The notes under the pieces: generated by a model
What the model was told of the DNA's origin: nothing
Seen by the model: only the letters and a program-made list of their open reading frames with translations
The model's database searches: none
Shown here: positions 9,005 through 18,062 of the stretch, piece by piece
Layout of the letters: every line of letters begins with the position of its first letter
How positions within the stretch are numbered: position 1 is the stretch's first letter
Program-made: the position numbers and the translations under genes
From: an uncultured Chromatiales bacterium
Lineage (GTDB): Bacteria > Pseudomonadota > Gammaproteobacteria > SZUA-140
NCBI GenBank assembly: GCA_964384095.1
Contig: CAYLKC010000002.1
Coordinates: 1-53,728, forward strand
Reading direction: 5' to 3'
DNA: 53,728 nt

Positions 9005-11332
9005 TCAATAACGATAGCCAAGAATACCATGATCGAGCAGGCTTTCGAGGCTGGTGCCGATGCTGGTCAGCCCCTTGAGGTCGAACTGGAAATACAGGCT
9101 TCTGTCGGTGTTGCCGAAGTCGTCGTCGACGAAGCGGCGGCTGACGACACGCAGTCGCCAGCAACAACTTTGATACTCGAGACCGGCCAAAGTTTCGAGT
9201 ACGCGCTCGTCACGCAGCGAATAATTGTGACGCGCGATCAGGTGCCAGCGCGGGGTCAGCGGCCACAGCAGGGAGATGTCGGTCTGTTCCAGGGCGTCGT
9301 CGCGATAGCGGTAGGCCACGTTGAGGATGCTCCTCATTGCCGGCCGGTATTGCAGCCAGACGCCGCCCTTGTCGAATTTCCCCGTGTCCTCGCTGCGGCG
9401 TGCATCGAAGCGCAGGGACAGGCTCCGGGTCAGATTGGCCGTACCCTCGGCGACGATATCCGAGGTCTTTGACGTCTCGACGGGGTCCTGTGGCCGCAGC
9501 GTGACCTCGCGGTCCTCGAAGTAGAAGATCCGCCCGATGCCAAACTGCGCGCGCTGATTCGCGCTGGCGGCGTCGAGGTAACGCGTCGTGACCGCGACGC
9601 TGAGCTGGTTGGCGTCACCGACCCGGTCCGAGCCGTTGAAGCGATTGTCGCGGAACAGCTGGGTGAAATTGAAATCGGGCCTGCCGGTATCGAACAGTGG
9701 CAGTCCGGACTGGTCGCGATAGGGGACATAGAGATAGTACAGCCGCGGTTCCAGGGTCTGCAGCATGGGCCGGGAACCCCAGCGGGTGTCCCGCTCGAGA
9801 AAGACGCCGGTGTCGAAGGCGAAGACCGGCAGGGTACGGTCCGGCTGCGCGGCGTCTCCGCCCGGGGGGACAGGGCCGTCGTCGAGGCGGTATTGCGTAT
9901 GGCGCAATGTCAGCGTCGGTTGGGCATAGGCCGCCATCGAATAGAAAGGCAGGGTCAGGCCGGGTTGCACATCGAGGCGTCCGCCGGTGAGCCGCTGTTC
10001 GGGCACGTCGTGATCGAAGTTGACATAGCTGGTCACGAAACGCGGGTTGAGGCGGTTGCTGAATTCTGGGCGCTGGGTCCGGAACAGCAGGACCGGCAGC
10101 TGGCGATACGGGCGCCGGGCCGGCTGGATCAGGTCGTCGATGGTCTGGTAGGCCTGCAGCCGCGCCGAGGCCATCCACGCCTCGGCCTGGTAGTTCAACA
10201 CCGCGCGCTGCTCGAGATGGGTGACGCTGGCGATGCTGAGCGTATCGCCGAGGTCGCGGAAGTAGTCGCTGTCGGAGGCGCGGTTGAAGTCGAGGTCGAG
10301 GCTGAGACGCTCGCTTGGGCGGCCGAAGTGTCGGTAATTCAGCAGATAGCGATCGCGGTCGGCGAGGTCATCGCCGGGTAACCAGGTGGTCTCGATCTGG
10401 CCGCGACTCCTGCGATTCAGGTAGCGGAACTCGGTTTCGAGCATCTCCCCGCGTCGGCTGATGAAGCGCGGGGTCAGCGTGGCGTCGAAGCGCGGCGCGA
10501 GATTCAGGTAGTAAGGGGTCGCGATGTCTATACCGTTGCGCGAGGAGCTGCGCATGGTCGGACTCAGCAGCCCGGACTTGCGACGATCGTCAATCGGGAA
10601 GCTGAGATAGGGCGAATACAGGAACGGCACGCCCATGAACGACACCCTGACATGGCGCGCGGTACCGGTGCCGCGCGCCTGGTCGAGCCGCACGTGGCTG
10701 GAACGCAGCAGCCAGTCATTCCGGCCCGGATCGCAGGTCGTATAACGCATTTGCGACAACAGCGTCCGCTCCCGGTCCTCGAACTGGGCTCGCTCGGCCT
10801 CGCCGCGGGCGTGACGCTCATAGAGCAGAAAGCCGGCGTTATCGAGGTGGCCGCGATCGTCGTCGAGCCAGAATTCGCCGCGATCACCGTCGAGGACCAG
10901 GCCTTCGCGGATGACTCTGACATGGCCTTCGGCGCGCAGGAGTTCGCGCTCGCGGTCGTAGCTGGCCTGATCGGCCCTCAGTACGGTGCCGTCGCGGATC
11001 GCCTCGATCTCGCCGCGCAAGGCCAGTGTCGTGCGTCCAAGCACCCGCGCGTCGTCGGCGGACAGCAGTGTGACGCCTTCATGCCCGGGGCCGGGCAGCG
11101 ATTGCAGTTCCGGTGGCGCCGGGTATTGCGTGTGACACAGCCGCCAGTCCATCAACGGCTCCGGCGCCGGTTGCGCGAGCGCGGTGTTGCAGACGAGCAG
11201 CAGCGACAGGGCGAGCGGACGGGATGGGGATGCTGGCAAGGTGCGCTTCCGGGATGCCGGCCGCCGGCCGGGCTGTGTTTTTTCTCGTTCCGTCAGCGCC
11301 TTATTGTTGTTGATTTGGCGGAATCCTGTCAA
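9005..11332 (-). CDS. lptD: LPS-assembly outer-membrane protein LptD
   Basis: 775-aa maximal ORF starting at a TTG. An in-frame TTG at 11239 would give MPASPSRPLALSLLLVCNTALAQ, a cleaner signal peptide. It is a large beta-barrel ending in ...GILGYRY, upstream of surA. Confidence 0.9.
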   Translation of the reverse strand: MTGFRQINNNKALTEREKTQPGRRPASRKRTLPASPSRPLALSLLLVCNTALAQPAPEPLMDWRLCHTQYPAPPELQSLPGPGHEGVTLLSADDARVLGRTTLALRGEIEAIRDGTVLRADQASYDRERELLRAEGHVRVIREGLVLDGDRGEFWLDDDRGHLDNAGFLLYERHARGEAERAQFEDRERTLLSQMRYTTCDPGRNDWLLRSSHVRLDQARGTGTARHVRVSFMGVPFLYSPYLSFPIDDRRKSGLLSPTMRSSSRNGIDIATPYYLNLAPRFDATLTPRFISRRGEMLETEFRYLNRRSRGQIETTWLPGDDLADRDRYLLNYRHFGRPSERLSLDLDFNRASDSDYFRDLGDTLSIASVTHLEQRAVLNYQAEAWMASARLQAYQTIDDLIQPARRPYRQLPVLLFRTQRPEFSNRLNPRFVTSYVNFDHDVPEQRLTGGRLDVQPGLTLPFYSMAAYAQPTLTLRHTQYRLDDGPVPPGGDAAQPDRTLPVFAFDTGVFLERDTRWGSRPMLQTLEPRLYYLYVPYRDQSGLPLFDTGRPDFNFTQLFRDNRFNGSDRVGDANQLSVAVTTRYLDAASANQRAQFGIGRIFYFEDREVTLRPQDPVETSKTSDIVAEGTANLTRSLSLRFDARRSEDTGKFDKGGVWLQYRPAMRSILNVAYRYRDDALEQTDISLLWPLTPRWHLIARHNYSLRDERVLETLAGLEYQSCCWRLRVVSRRFVDDDFGNTDRSLYFQFDLKGLTSIGTSLESLLDHGILGYRY

Positions 11333-11503
11333 ACCGCGCCCCGGCGCCGGTGTGCCGGGCGATTTGTGACGGCCGTCGCATCAGTCTCGTGCGGCCTTCA
11401 CGAATCCGGCATCCGGATTGGCGCGGCCCCGGGCCGTACCGATATTCTCAAACAGAGTCGGCGGAAGCATCCGTCGCCACGGATTTCCGGAGGCAAGCAG
11501 CTC

Positions 11504-12439
11504 ATGAGCGCATCCCCACAACCAGGCGTCGCGGACAGGGTCCAGCCCCCGGTCCGCCAGGTCCCGCGCGGTAACGGCCCCCTGCTCGATATCCGGGGGC
11601 GCATTAAGCGGCTCGACAAGCTGCCGCCGATGCCGGAGATGACGCACAAGATCCTGCGGCTGAGCGCGAATCCCGATGCCAACGTCAAGGAGCTGGTCGC
11701 AATCGTCGAACTCGACCCGAGTCTTGCCGCCCAGGTCATGCGCTACGCGAGTTCGCCGTTCTTCAGCTACCAGGGCAAAGTCGAGTCGGTGCATACCGCG
11801 ATCACGCGTGTGCTCGGCTATAACACCGTGCTGAATCTCGCGCTCGGCGCCACCGCCGCGCGTGCGTTCAAGGTGCCGCGCAATGTCCCGCTGGGGCTCG
11901 ACAGCTTCTGGCGCCATGCGATCTACAGCGCAGCCCTGGTCCAGGCGCTCAGCAATGCCGTACCCAAGGAGTCACGCCCACCCGCGGGGCTCGCCTACCT
12001 TGCCGGTCTGTTACACAACTTTGGCCACCTGCTGCTCGGTCACATCTTCCGGCAGGAATTCCTGGTCCTGAACAAGTTCATCAGCAGATATCCCGACAAG
12101 CCGATCGAGCTGATCGAACAACGCGTCCTCGGCGCCGATCACGGCGCGATCGGCGCCTGGCTGATGGAGGCGTGGCGGTTACCGGAGGAGATTGTCATCG
12201 CGACGCGTGAACATCACAACGAGTGTTACCACGACATTCACGCGGTCTATCCACAGCTGGTCTTTCTCGCCGATCGCCTGCTCAAGGCGCATGGTATCGG
12301 CGATGCACCCGACGACCAGGTCCCGCAGGCAATCTACGATACGCTCGAGATCGGTGAGTACCAGGCCAAGGCAATTACTGCGAAGGTGATGGAAGGCGCC
12401 GGCGGTCTCGAGGTCATGGCCAGCAACTTCGCCGCCTGA
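11504..12439 (+). CDS. HDOD domain-containing signalling protein
   Basis: ATG at 11504 preceded by GGAGG. The sequence LPPMPEMTHKILRLSANPDANVKELVAIVELDPSLAAQVMRYASSPFF is a typical HDOD domain. The upstream 852 nt of ORF 10652.. are antisense to lptD. Confidence 0.8.
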   Translation: MSASPQPGVADRVQPPVRQVPRGNGPLLDIRGRIKRLDKLPPMPEMTHKILRLSANPDANVKELVAIVELDPSLAAQVMRYASSPFFSYQGKVESVHTAITRVLGYNTVLNLALGATAARAFKVPRNVPLGLDSFWRHAIYSAALVQALSNAVPKESRPPAGLAYLAGLLHNFGHLLLGHIFRQEFLVLNKFISRYPDKPIELIEQRVLGADHGAIGAWLMEAWRLPEEIVIATREHHNECYHDIHAVYPQLVFLADRLLKAHGIGDAPDDQVPQAIYDTLEIGEYQAKAITAKVMEGAGGLEVMASNFAA

Positions 12440-12457
12440 GATCCTCCAGGCGGGGTG

Positions 12458-12494
12458 TCGGGGTCAGGCCCGGATCTCCCGGCCCTGACCCCGA
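12458..12494. terminator. GC-rich hairpin between convergent genes (candidate bidirectional terminator)
   Basis: tcggggtcaggcccgg / ccggccctgaccccga form a 16-bp stem with 1 mismatch and a 5-nt loop. There is no U-tract. A second 7-bp stem lies at 12493-12512. Confidence 0.4.
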
Positions 12495-12510
12495 TCAGGT
12501 CGCGGCCTGA

Positions 12511-13677
12511 TCAGGCCGAGGCGCAGACCTGGGCATAGTCCTGGTAGCCCGGGAATTCCCTGCCTTCACCGCAGTAGCGGCAATTCGGATTCTTGCGCAC
12601 CTTCATCTCGGTGAACTGGCCCGACAGCGCGTCGTAATGGGTCATGCGCCCGACCAGCGGTTCGCCGATGTCGAGCAGGATCTTGACGGTCTCGACCGCC
12701 TGCAGCAGGCCGAGCGTTCCGGGCATGACGCCGAGTACACCGGCCTCGGCGCATGAAGGCGCGAATTCGGGCGGCGGCGGCTCCGGGAACATGCAGCGGT
12801 AACATCCCCCCTTGACCTTTTCGTAGGCCGGCCAGAACACGGTGATCTGGCCCTCGAAGCGGTAGACCGCGGCGTGGACGTTCGGCTTGCCCAGCTTCAC
12901 GCAGGCGTCGTTGATCAGGTAGCGCGTCGCGAGATTGTCGGAGCCATCGACGATGACGTCGTAGTCATCGAAGATTTCCTCGACATTGCTGCTCTCGATA
13001 TGGGTCTGGTAGGTCCGCACCGTGATCCTGGGATTCAGCTGCTCCAGCGCGATGCGCGCCGATTCGACCTTCGGCATGCCGACCCGCGCTTCCGTATGCA
13101 GGATCTGGCGTTGCAGGTTGCTGCGGTCGACGACGTCATGATCGACGAGGCCGATCGTGCCGACGCCGGCGGCGGCGAGGTAATAGGCCGATGGTGAGCC
13201 GAGCCCGCCGGCGCCGATCAGCAGCACCTTGCTGCCGAGCAGCTTGAGCTGGCCGGCCTCGCCGACATCGGGCATCAGCAGGTGGCGGGAGTAACGCTCG
13301 CGCGCCTCGGCGTCGAGGGTCGGCGGGACTTCAAAGGGATGACCTTCGTTCTTCCAGCGACTGAAGCCGCCCTTGACCGAGCGCACGTCACGGTAGCCGA
13401 GGCGCTTGAGGTCCTCGGCGGCGAACAGCGAGCGGACTCCGCCGGCGCACATCACCAGCACCGGGGCGTCGAAGTCCGGCACGGCGTCCTCGATTCGCAA
13501 TTCGAGAAAACCGCGACCGAGGCGGTGGGCGTCGGTCGGGCTGCCCTGGGCGACCTCATCGGTGTCGCGGACGTCAATCAGTGCGGCTCCCTGCCTCTGC
13601 ATCGCCAGTGCCTCCGCTGGCGTGATCTCGGGAATCGCGTCACGCAATTCCGCCAGTCGACGATCTTTGGCCTTCAT
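12511..13677 (-). CDS. rhodanese-ThiF/MoeB fusion (MoaD/ThiS-type adenylyltransferase-sulfurtransferase) with the rhodanese domain N-terminal
   Basis: 388 aa. The N-terminal rhodanese has a CAGGVRS active-site loop. It is followed by RYSRHLL...LLIGAGGLGSP...DRSNLQRQILH, with CYRC and CRYC zinc motifs. Confidence 0.85.
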   Translation of the reverse strand: MKAKDRRLAELRDAIPEITPAEALAMQRQGAALIDVRDTDEVAQGSPTDAHRLGRGFLELRIEDAVPDFDAPVLVMCAGGVRSLFAAEDLKRLGYRDVRSVKGGFSRWKNEGHPFEVPPTLDAEARERYSRHLLMPDVGEAGQLKLLGSKVLLIGAGGLGSPSAYYLAAAGVGTIGLVDHDVVDRSNLQRQILHTEARVGMPKVESARIALEQLNPRITVRTYQTHIESSNVEEIFDDYDVIVDGSDNLATRYLINDACVKLGKPNVHAAVYRFEGQITVFWPAYEKVKGGCYRCMFPEPPPPEFAPSCAEAGVLGVMPGTLGLLQAVETVKILLDIGEPLVGRMTHYDALSGQFTEMKVRKNPNCRYCGEGREFPGYQDYAQVCASA

Positions 13678-13788
13678 GTCACCTCCGAGCCGGATATGTC
13701 GGGTGCAGAGCGGGTTGCCGGCGGTTGCGCCGGTGCCCCGGTTTGCGGGTCTGGGCGTTTCATAAAAAAGTTCTGCGAGGACGGATAA

Positions 13789-14544
13789 TTATACATTATG
13801 ACGATCGCATTGGGGATCCTTGGCCAGCGCGGACTGCCGCCAGCTCATCGCCGCAGCGTCGATACGCGTCAGGCGCCCGCAAAGGGTATCGCCCAGGTCG
13901 AGCAGGACCTTGAGGGCCTCTGTCGCCATGATGCAGCCGACGATCCCGGCGAGCGGCGCCAGTACGCCGGCCGCGGCACAGCTTTCGTCGAGGGCATCGC
14001 GCTCGCGCTCCGGATACAGACAGGCAAGGCAGGGGCTGTCCGGGCGGCGGAAATCGAAGGTCGAGGCCTGGCCCTGCAGGCGGATCACCGCCCCCCAGAC
14101 CAGCGGCACGCGGGCCGCGGCGCAGGCCCGGTTGATCGCGAAGCGGCTGTCGAAGTTGTCGGTGGCGTCGAGTACCACATCGGTATTGGTCACCGCCCGC
14201 GCGAGCGCCTCGCCGTCGAGGCGATTCGCGATCGTGACGAGTTCGATCCCGGGATTCAGCGCATGCAGACGATCGCGCGCGGAGGCGGTCTTGGCTCGCC
14301 CCAGGTCGGCGGTCGAGTGCAGGATCTGGCGCTGGAGATTGCCGGCCTCGACCTCGTCGTGATCGCAGAGCACGAGGCGACCGACGCCGCTGGCGGCCAG
14401 ATAGAGCGCAGCCGGTGAACCCAGTCCGCCGAGACCGATGATCAGCGCGGTGGCGCCCAGCAGCCGCTCCTGCCCCGCGATATCGATCTGCGGGAGCAGG
14501 AGGTGACGGCTATAGCGCTGGAGTTGTTCGCGGTCCAGGTCGAT
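13789..14544 (-). CDS. ThiF/MoeB-family E1-like adenylyltransferase (second copy, no rhodanese domain); start codon non-canonical or unresolved
   Basis: The frame is open from 14556. It translates as IDLDREQLQRYSRHLLLPQIDIAGQERLLGATALIIGLGGLGSPAALYLAASGVGRLVLCDHDEV..NLQRQILH. The first ATG/GTG/TTG (14373) lies after the Rossmann GxGxxG, so the start must be upstream (ATC at 14544 or CTG at 14538). Confidence 0.75.
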   Translation of the reverse strand: MDLDREQLQRYSRHLLLPQIDIAGQERLLGATALIIGLGGLGSPAALYLAASGVGRLVLCDHDEVEAGNLQRQILHSTADLGRAKTASARDRLHALNPGIELVTIANRLDGEALARAVTNTDVVLDATDNFDSRFAINRACAAARVPLVWGAVIRLQGQASTFDFRRPDSPCLACLYPERERDALDESCAAAGVLAPLAGIVGCIMATEALKVLLDLGDTLCGRLTRIDAAAMSWRQSALAKDPQCDRHNV

Positions 14545-14556
14545 GCGACCCCGCTG

Positions 14557-15492
14557 TCAGAAGCTGTAGGAGAAAAAGCAGTCCTGCGGCGTGCGACCGT
14601 CGTCCGCCCAGCCGCCGAGCAGGTAGATCGTGTTGTCGATGACGCCGACGCCCATCGCGCACAATGGCTGGGGGATCGGCGGCAGGATATGCCACTTGTC
14701 CGTGGCGGTGTCGTGGAAGGCGCAGTGGTCGCTGATGCCATCACCGCTGTAGCCCCCGAAGATGAACAGCCGTCCGGCGGCCAGGCAGGCCCCGGCCCCG
14801 GCCGCGGTCCACGGCAGGGTCAGTTGTTCGCGCGTCCACCGCCCCGTCTCCGGGTCGTAGGCCTCGATGTGGTCGAAATTGTTGAAACCCTCGGGGGTAA
14901 ACGCGACGCCGCCCATGGTCAGGATGCGGTCATCGACGACCACCGCGTCGAGCGCGAAACGCGGCGTCGGCAGCGGGGCGATCTCCTCCCACCGACCGGT
15001 CTCCAGGTTCAGCCGTTCGCAGAAATCGAAGCCCGGATCGGTCTTCGGCCCGGAGGTCGTCGCGTCGGGGTGATGTCCGCCGAGTATGTAGATATGGCCG
15101 TCGAGCAGGGCGCCGGCCGGGTAGTCATGCGGCATCAGCATGTCGGGACCGGACTCCCAGCGGTCCTCGCCGGGATAGTAGATCTCGGTCGTGCGCAGGA
15201 AACGGAAGGTGCCGTTCTCCTGCTTGAAGCCGCCGCCGATGATGTAGATCGCGTCACCGACGGTGCGCGCGATCGCCCCGGAGCGGTAGGTCGGCATATC
15301 GGCCCCTCGCTCCCAGCGGTCGCGTGCGGGATCGTAAATAATTACGGAATTCAGACTCTTGAAGTTTGGCCCGCCGCCGCCGAAACCGTAGATGCGACCG
15401 TTCCAGGTGGCCGTCGGGCAATGCGAGCGGGCGACGGGGAGGGCGGGCTTGCGGGTCCAGGCGCCATTGAGGCAGTCGTCAGCAGTCTTCAT
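14557..15492 (-). CDS. cytoplasmic six-bladed Kelch-repeat beta-propeller protein
   Basis: 311 aa with six GG-doublet blades (IYGFGG, IYIIGG, IYILGG, ILTMGG, LFIFGG, IYLLGG), each followed by a W-containing strand. No signal peptide. Confidence 0.8.
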   Translation of the reverse strand: MKTADDCLNGAWTRKPALPVARSHCPTATWNGRIYGFGGGGPNFKSLNSVIIYDPARDRWERGADMPTYRSGAIARTVGDAIYIIGGGFKQENGTFRFLRTTEIYYPGEDRWESGPDMLMPHDYPAGALLDGHIYILGGHHPDATTSGPKTDPGFDFCERLNLETGRWEEIAPLPTPRFALDAVVVDDRILTMGGVAFTPEGFNNFDHIEAYDPETGRWTREQLTLPWTAAGAGACLAAGRLFIFGGYSGDGISDHCAFHDTATDKWHILPPIPQPLCAMGVGVIDNTIYLLGGWADDGRTPQDCFFSYSF

Positions 15493-15744
15493 AGGGTGTC
15501 CAGCGCTCTTGTTATGGCGGATCGCATGCGAAGGGGGTCAATACATCCGCGTCGGGGTCGATAAGTGAGAATGAAGGTCGGTCATTGTCCGATGATTTGG
15601 CCGGCGACGGCAAGCGGCGCGTCAGCGATCGCCGGGGCGCAACGGTAAGCAAAGTTATCAGAAACATATGAATATTGCGCTGGGCACAGGCATTGCGGGG
15701 AGGAGTGTGATTCCGTTCCGGTTCCTATTATGTTATGCTTTTGC

Positions 15745-15990
15745 GACGGTAGACCCGGTCCGAAGTGGAGTGGGTCTAGCGGTGAAAACAGGCCTCCGGA
15801 GACGGGGGCCCTCTTCCAGCAAGGGCATGCGACCTGGGGTCATACGCACCCCGATCACCACGTTACGGACGACCGGGTGGACTGGACGTTCCACCTCAGT
15901 TCGGTTGAGGTTCAGGGACGATTCAGGTCATCACCTGGGTGATGAGGTGACGCGCGCAGGCGGGTCCCCGCGGGACGACAGGGCTGGCGA
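15745..15990 (+). promoter_or_regulatory. highly structured 5' leader upstream of moaA; candidate Moco-type riboswitch
   Basis: A chain of hairpins: agaccc..gggtct at 15751-15777, gccct..agggc, ggggt..acccc, ggtgga..tccacc, cctca..tgagg and tcatcacc..ggtgatga. It also contains GGUGAAAACAGGCCUCCGGAG, which resembles the conserved CCUCCGAG region of the Moco motif. That comparison is from memory, not from an alignment. Confidence 0.3.
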
Positions 15991-16122
15991 TGGCGATGAG
16001 CGCAAGCTGTTGTTCGCGACCTGATCCTGACAAATCCGGTCAACTATATTCTTTAGCTTTGGGTCGTTTGACAGAGTAGTTCAGGCGAAGCAGCAATAAA
16101 GAAGCCCTCGAGGAGAATCGTC

Positions 16123-17244
16123 ATGCTCAATAACCCGCTGAACCAGAAGTCCTACGGAGCCACTGATTCCAACTCCGTTTCAGCGTTGCAGCAGGAAAAC
16201 CCGCCGCTCAATCCGCTCCCGCCACTCCAGGATCGCCACGGCCGGACCTTCGACTACGTCCGTATCGCCGTCATCGAGCAGTGCAATCTCCGCTGCACCT
16301 ACTGCATGCCGGAAGAGGGCGTGAAGTTCAAGGAAAAGGACATGGTGCTGCGCACCGACGAGATCCTGCGGGTCATCGAACTCCTTGCCCGCATGGGCGT
16401 GCGCAAGGTCCGTTTCACCGGCGGTGAGCCGCTGGTCCGCCCGGACATCGTCGATATCGTCGCGCGCTCGGTGAAGATCCCCGGCGTCAAGGCGACACAC
16501 CTGACGACCAACGGCCTGCTGTTCCCGAAATACGCGAAGGCGCTGCGAGAGGCCGGCCTGTTCGGCGTCAACATCAGCCTCGATTCGCTGCAGGCCGACA
16601 AGTTCGAGACCATCACTCGCCGCTCCGGCCTCGAGAAGGTGCTCGAGAGCATCGACCTCGCTGTCGAGCTTGGTTTCCCGCGCGTCAAGGTCAATGTCGT
16701 GCTAATGCGCGGCTTCAACGAGGATGAACTGATCTCGTTCTGCGAATTGACCAAGGACAAGCCGATCACTGTACGTTTTATCGAATTCATGCCGTTCGAT
16801 GCCCACCAGATCTGGGAGAGCGGCCAGCACTTCGCCAGCGCCGCGGATCTCTGCGGACAGATTGAATCGCACTACAAGTCCCAGGGGCTCGAGCCCGCCA
16901 GCGGTACCCGTACCGAGCACCACATCTATCACGTCCCCGGCTATGCAGGAAAATTCGCGGTGATCCCGGCCTTTACCCGCAGCCTCTGCGGCAACTGTTC
17001 GCGTATCCGCGTGACCGCCGACGGCAATATCATGAATTGCCTCTATTCCGAAGAGCCCTATCACCTGCGCGACCTGATCCGCAAGGGCGGCAGCGATGAT
17101 GACATCGTCGGCCTGTTCCGCAAGGCCTTCGATGAAAAGCACAAGGACGGTTTCGAGGCCAAGAAGGCGGCCAGCGTCGCGGCCAAGATCAACGTTTCGG
17201 ATATCAACCGTTCACGGGCCAGCATGACCCAGATCGGCGGCTGA
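16123..17244 (+). CDS. moaA: GTP 3',8-cyclase (radical SAM)
   Basis: 373 aa. [22 protein letters not shown] contains the CxxxCxxC motif. RBS GAGGAG lies 7 nt upstream. It carries an N-terminal extension of about 35 aa. Confidence 0.93.
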   Translation: MLNNPLNQKSYGATDSNSVSALQQENPPLNPLPPLQDRHGRTFDYVRIAVIEQCNLRCTYCMPEEGVKFKEKDMVLRTDEILRVIELLARMGVRKVRFTGGEPLVRPDIVDIVARSVKIPGVKATHLTTNGLLFPKYAKALREAGLFGVNISLDSLQADKFETITRRSGLEKVLESIDLAVELGFPRVKVNVVLMRGFNEDELISFCELTKDKPITVRFIEFMPFDAHQIWESGQHFASAADLCGQIESHYKSQGLEPASGTRTEHHIYHVPGYAGKFAVIPAFTRSLCGNCSRIRVTADGNIMNCLYSEEPYHLRDLIRKGGSDDDIVGLFRKAFDEKHKDGFEAKKAASVAAKINVSDINRSRASMTQIGG

Positions 17245-17296
17245 GGCCGTCGGGTTTTCCGATCAGTCTGTAACACGTAAACGAAGGGATGACACG

Positions 17297-17788
17297 ATGA
17301 GCTATAACGACCTGACCCACTTCAACGCCAGCGGTGAGGCGTACATGGTCGATGTCGGCGCGAAGAACAGCACCACGCGCGAGGGCATCGCCGAGGGCCG
17401 CATCTACATGGAGCCCGAGACGCTGAAAAAGATCATGGAGGGGTCGCACAAAAAGGGTGACGTGCTCGGTATCGCGCGCGTCGCCGGCATCATGGGCGCA
17501 AAGAAGACCCCGGACCTCATTCCGCTGTGTCATCCGATCATGATCACTTCGGTCGATCTGGTGCTGACTCCGGAGCCCGAGAACAATGCCGTCTACTGCA
17601 AGGCGACTGTGCGCTGCAACGGTCAGACCGGCGTCGAGATGGAGACCCTGACCGCGGTGCAGGTCGCGCTGCTGACGATCTACGATATGTGCAAGGCGGT
17701 CGATCGCGGCATGGTGATTTCGGAAATCGGGCTGCTCGAGAAGTCGGGCGGCAAGTCGGGCCACTGGCGCAGGTCGGCGACCGCCTGA
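17297..17788 (+). CDS. moaC: cyclic pyranopterin monophosphate synthase
   Basis: 163 aa. [18 protein letters not shown]...[29 protein letters not shown] is the MoaC signature. Confidence 0.95.
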   Translation: MSYNDLTHFNASGEAYMVDVGAKNSTTREGIAEGRIYMEPETLKKIMEGSHKKGDVLGIARVAGIMGAKKTPDLIPLCHPIMITSVDLVLTPEPENNAVYCKATVRCNGQTGVEMETLTAVQVALLTIYDMCKAVDRGMVISEIGLLEKSGGKSGHWRRSATA

Positions 17789-17827
17789 GGGCGGCGACGG
17801 TTGCTTACTCGAGCAGAGGCGGAAAAC

Positions 17828-18061
17828 ATGGATATCAAGATACGTTACTTCGCGAGTCTTCGCGATCGCATGGGCAAGTCCGAGGACAAGGTCAGCCTGA
17901 AGGGCGACAAGATCACGGTCGCGGATGTCTGGGGCGAAGTCTCCAGCGATCCGATCCCCGAGACCATCCTGGTTGCCGTGAACATGGAGTACACGGATTC
18001 GAGCCACGAACTGAAGAGCGGCGATGAGGTTGCGTTCTTCCCGCCGGTGACTGGAGGCTGA
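17828..18061 (+). CDS. moaD: molybdopterin synthase sulfur-carrier subunit
   Basis: MDIKIRYFASLRDRMG...FFPPVTGG has a ubiquitin-like fold signature and a C-terminal GG. The ORF track start at 17801 is probably too early. Confidence 0.85.
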   Translation: MDIKIRYFASLRDRMGKSEDKVSLKGDKITVADVWGEVSSDPIPETILVAVNMEYTDSSHELKSGDEVAFFPPVTGG

Positions 18062-18062
18062 C

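Noticed and set aside
10652-11503. N-terminal 284 codons of the 595-aa plus-strand ORF
   Set aside because: This part is antisense to lptD. The HDOD homology, the RBS GGAGG and the ATG all begin at 11504.
14557-14559. TGA between the Kelch and E1 genes as a selenocysteine codon
   Set aside because: I see no bacterial SECIS-like hairpin with an apical loop at the right distance immediately downstream. The position is a domain boundary rather than an active site. It is kept only as a read-through/reinitiation question.
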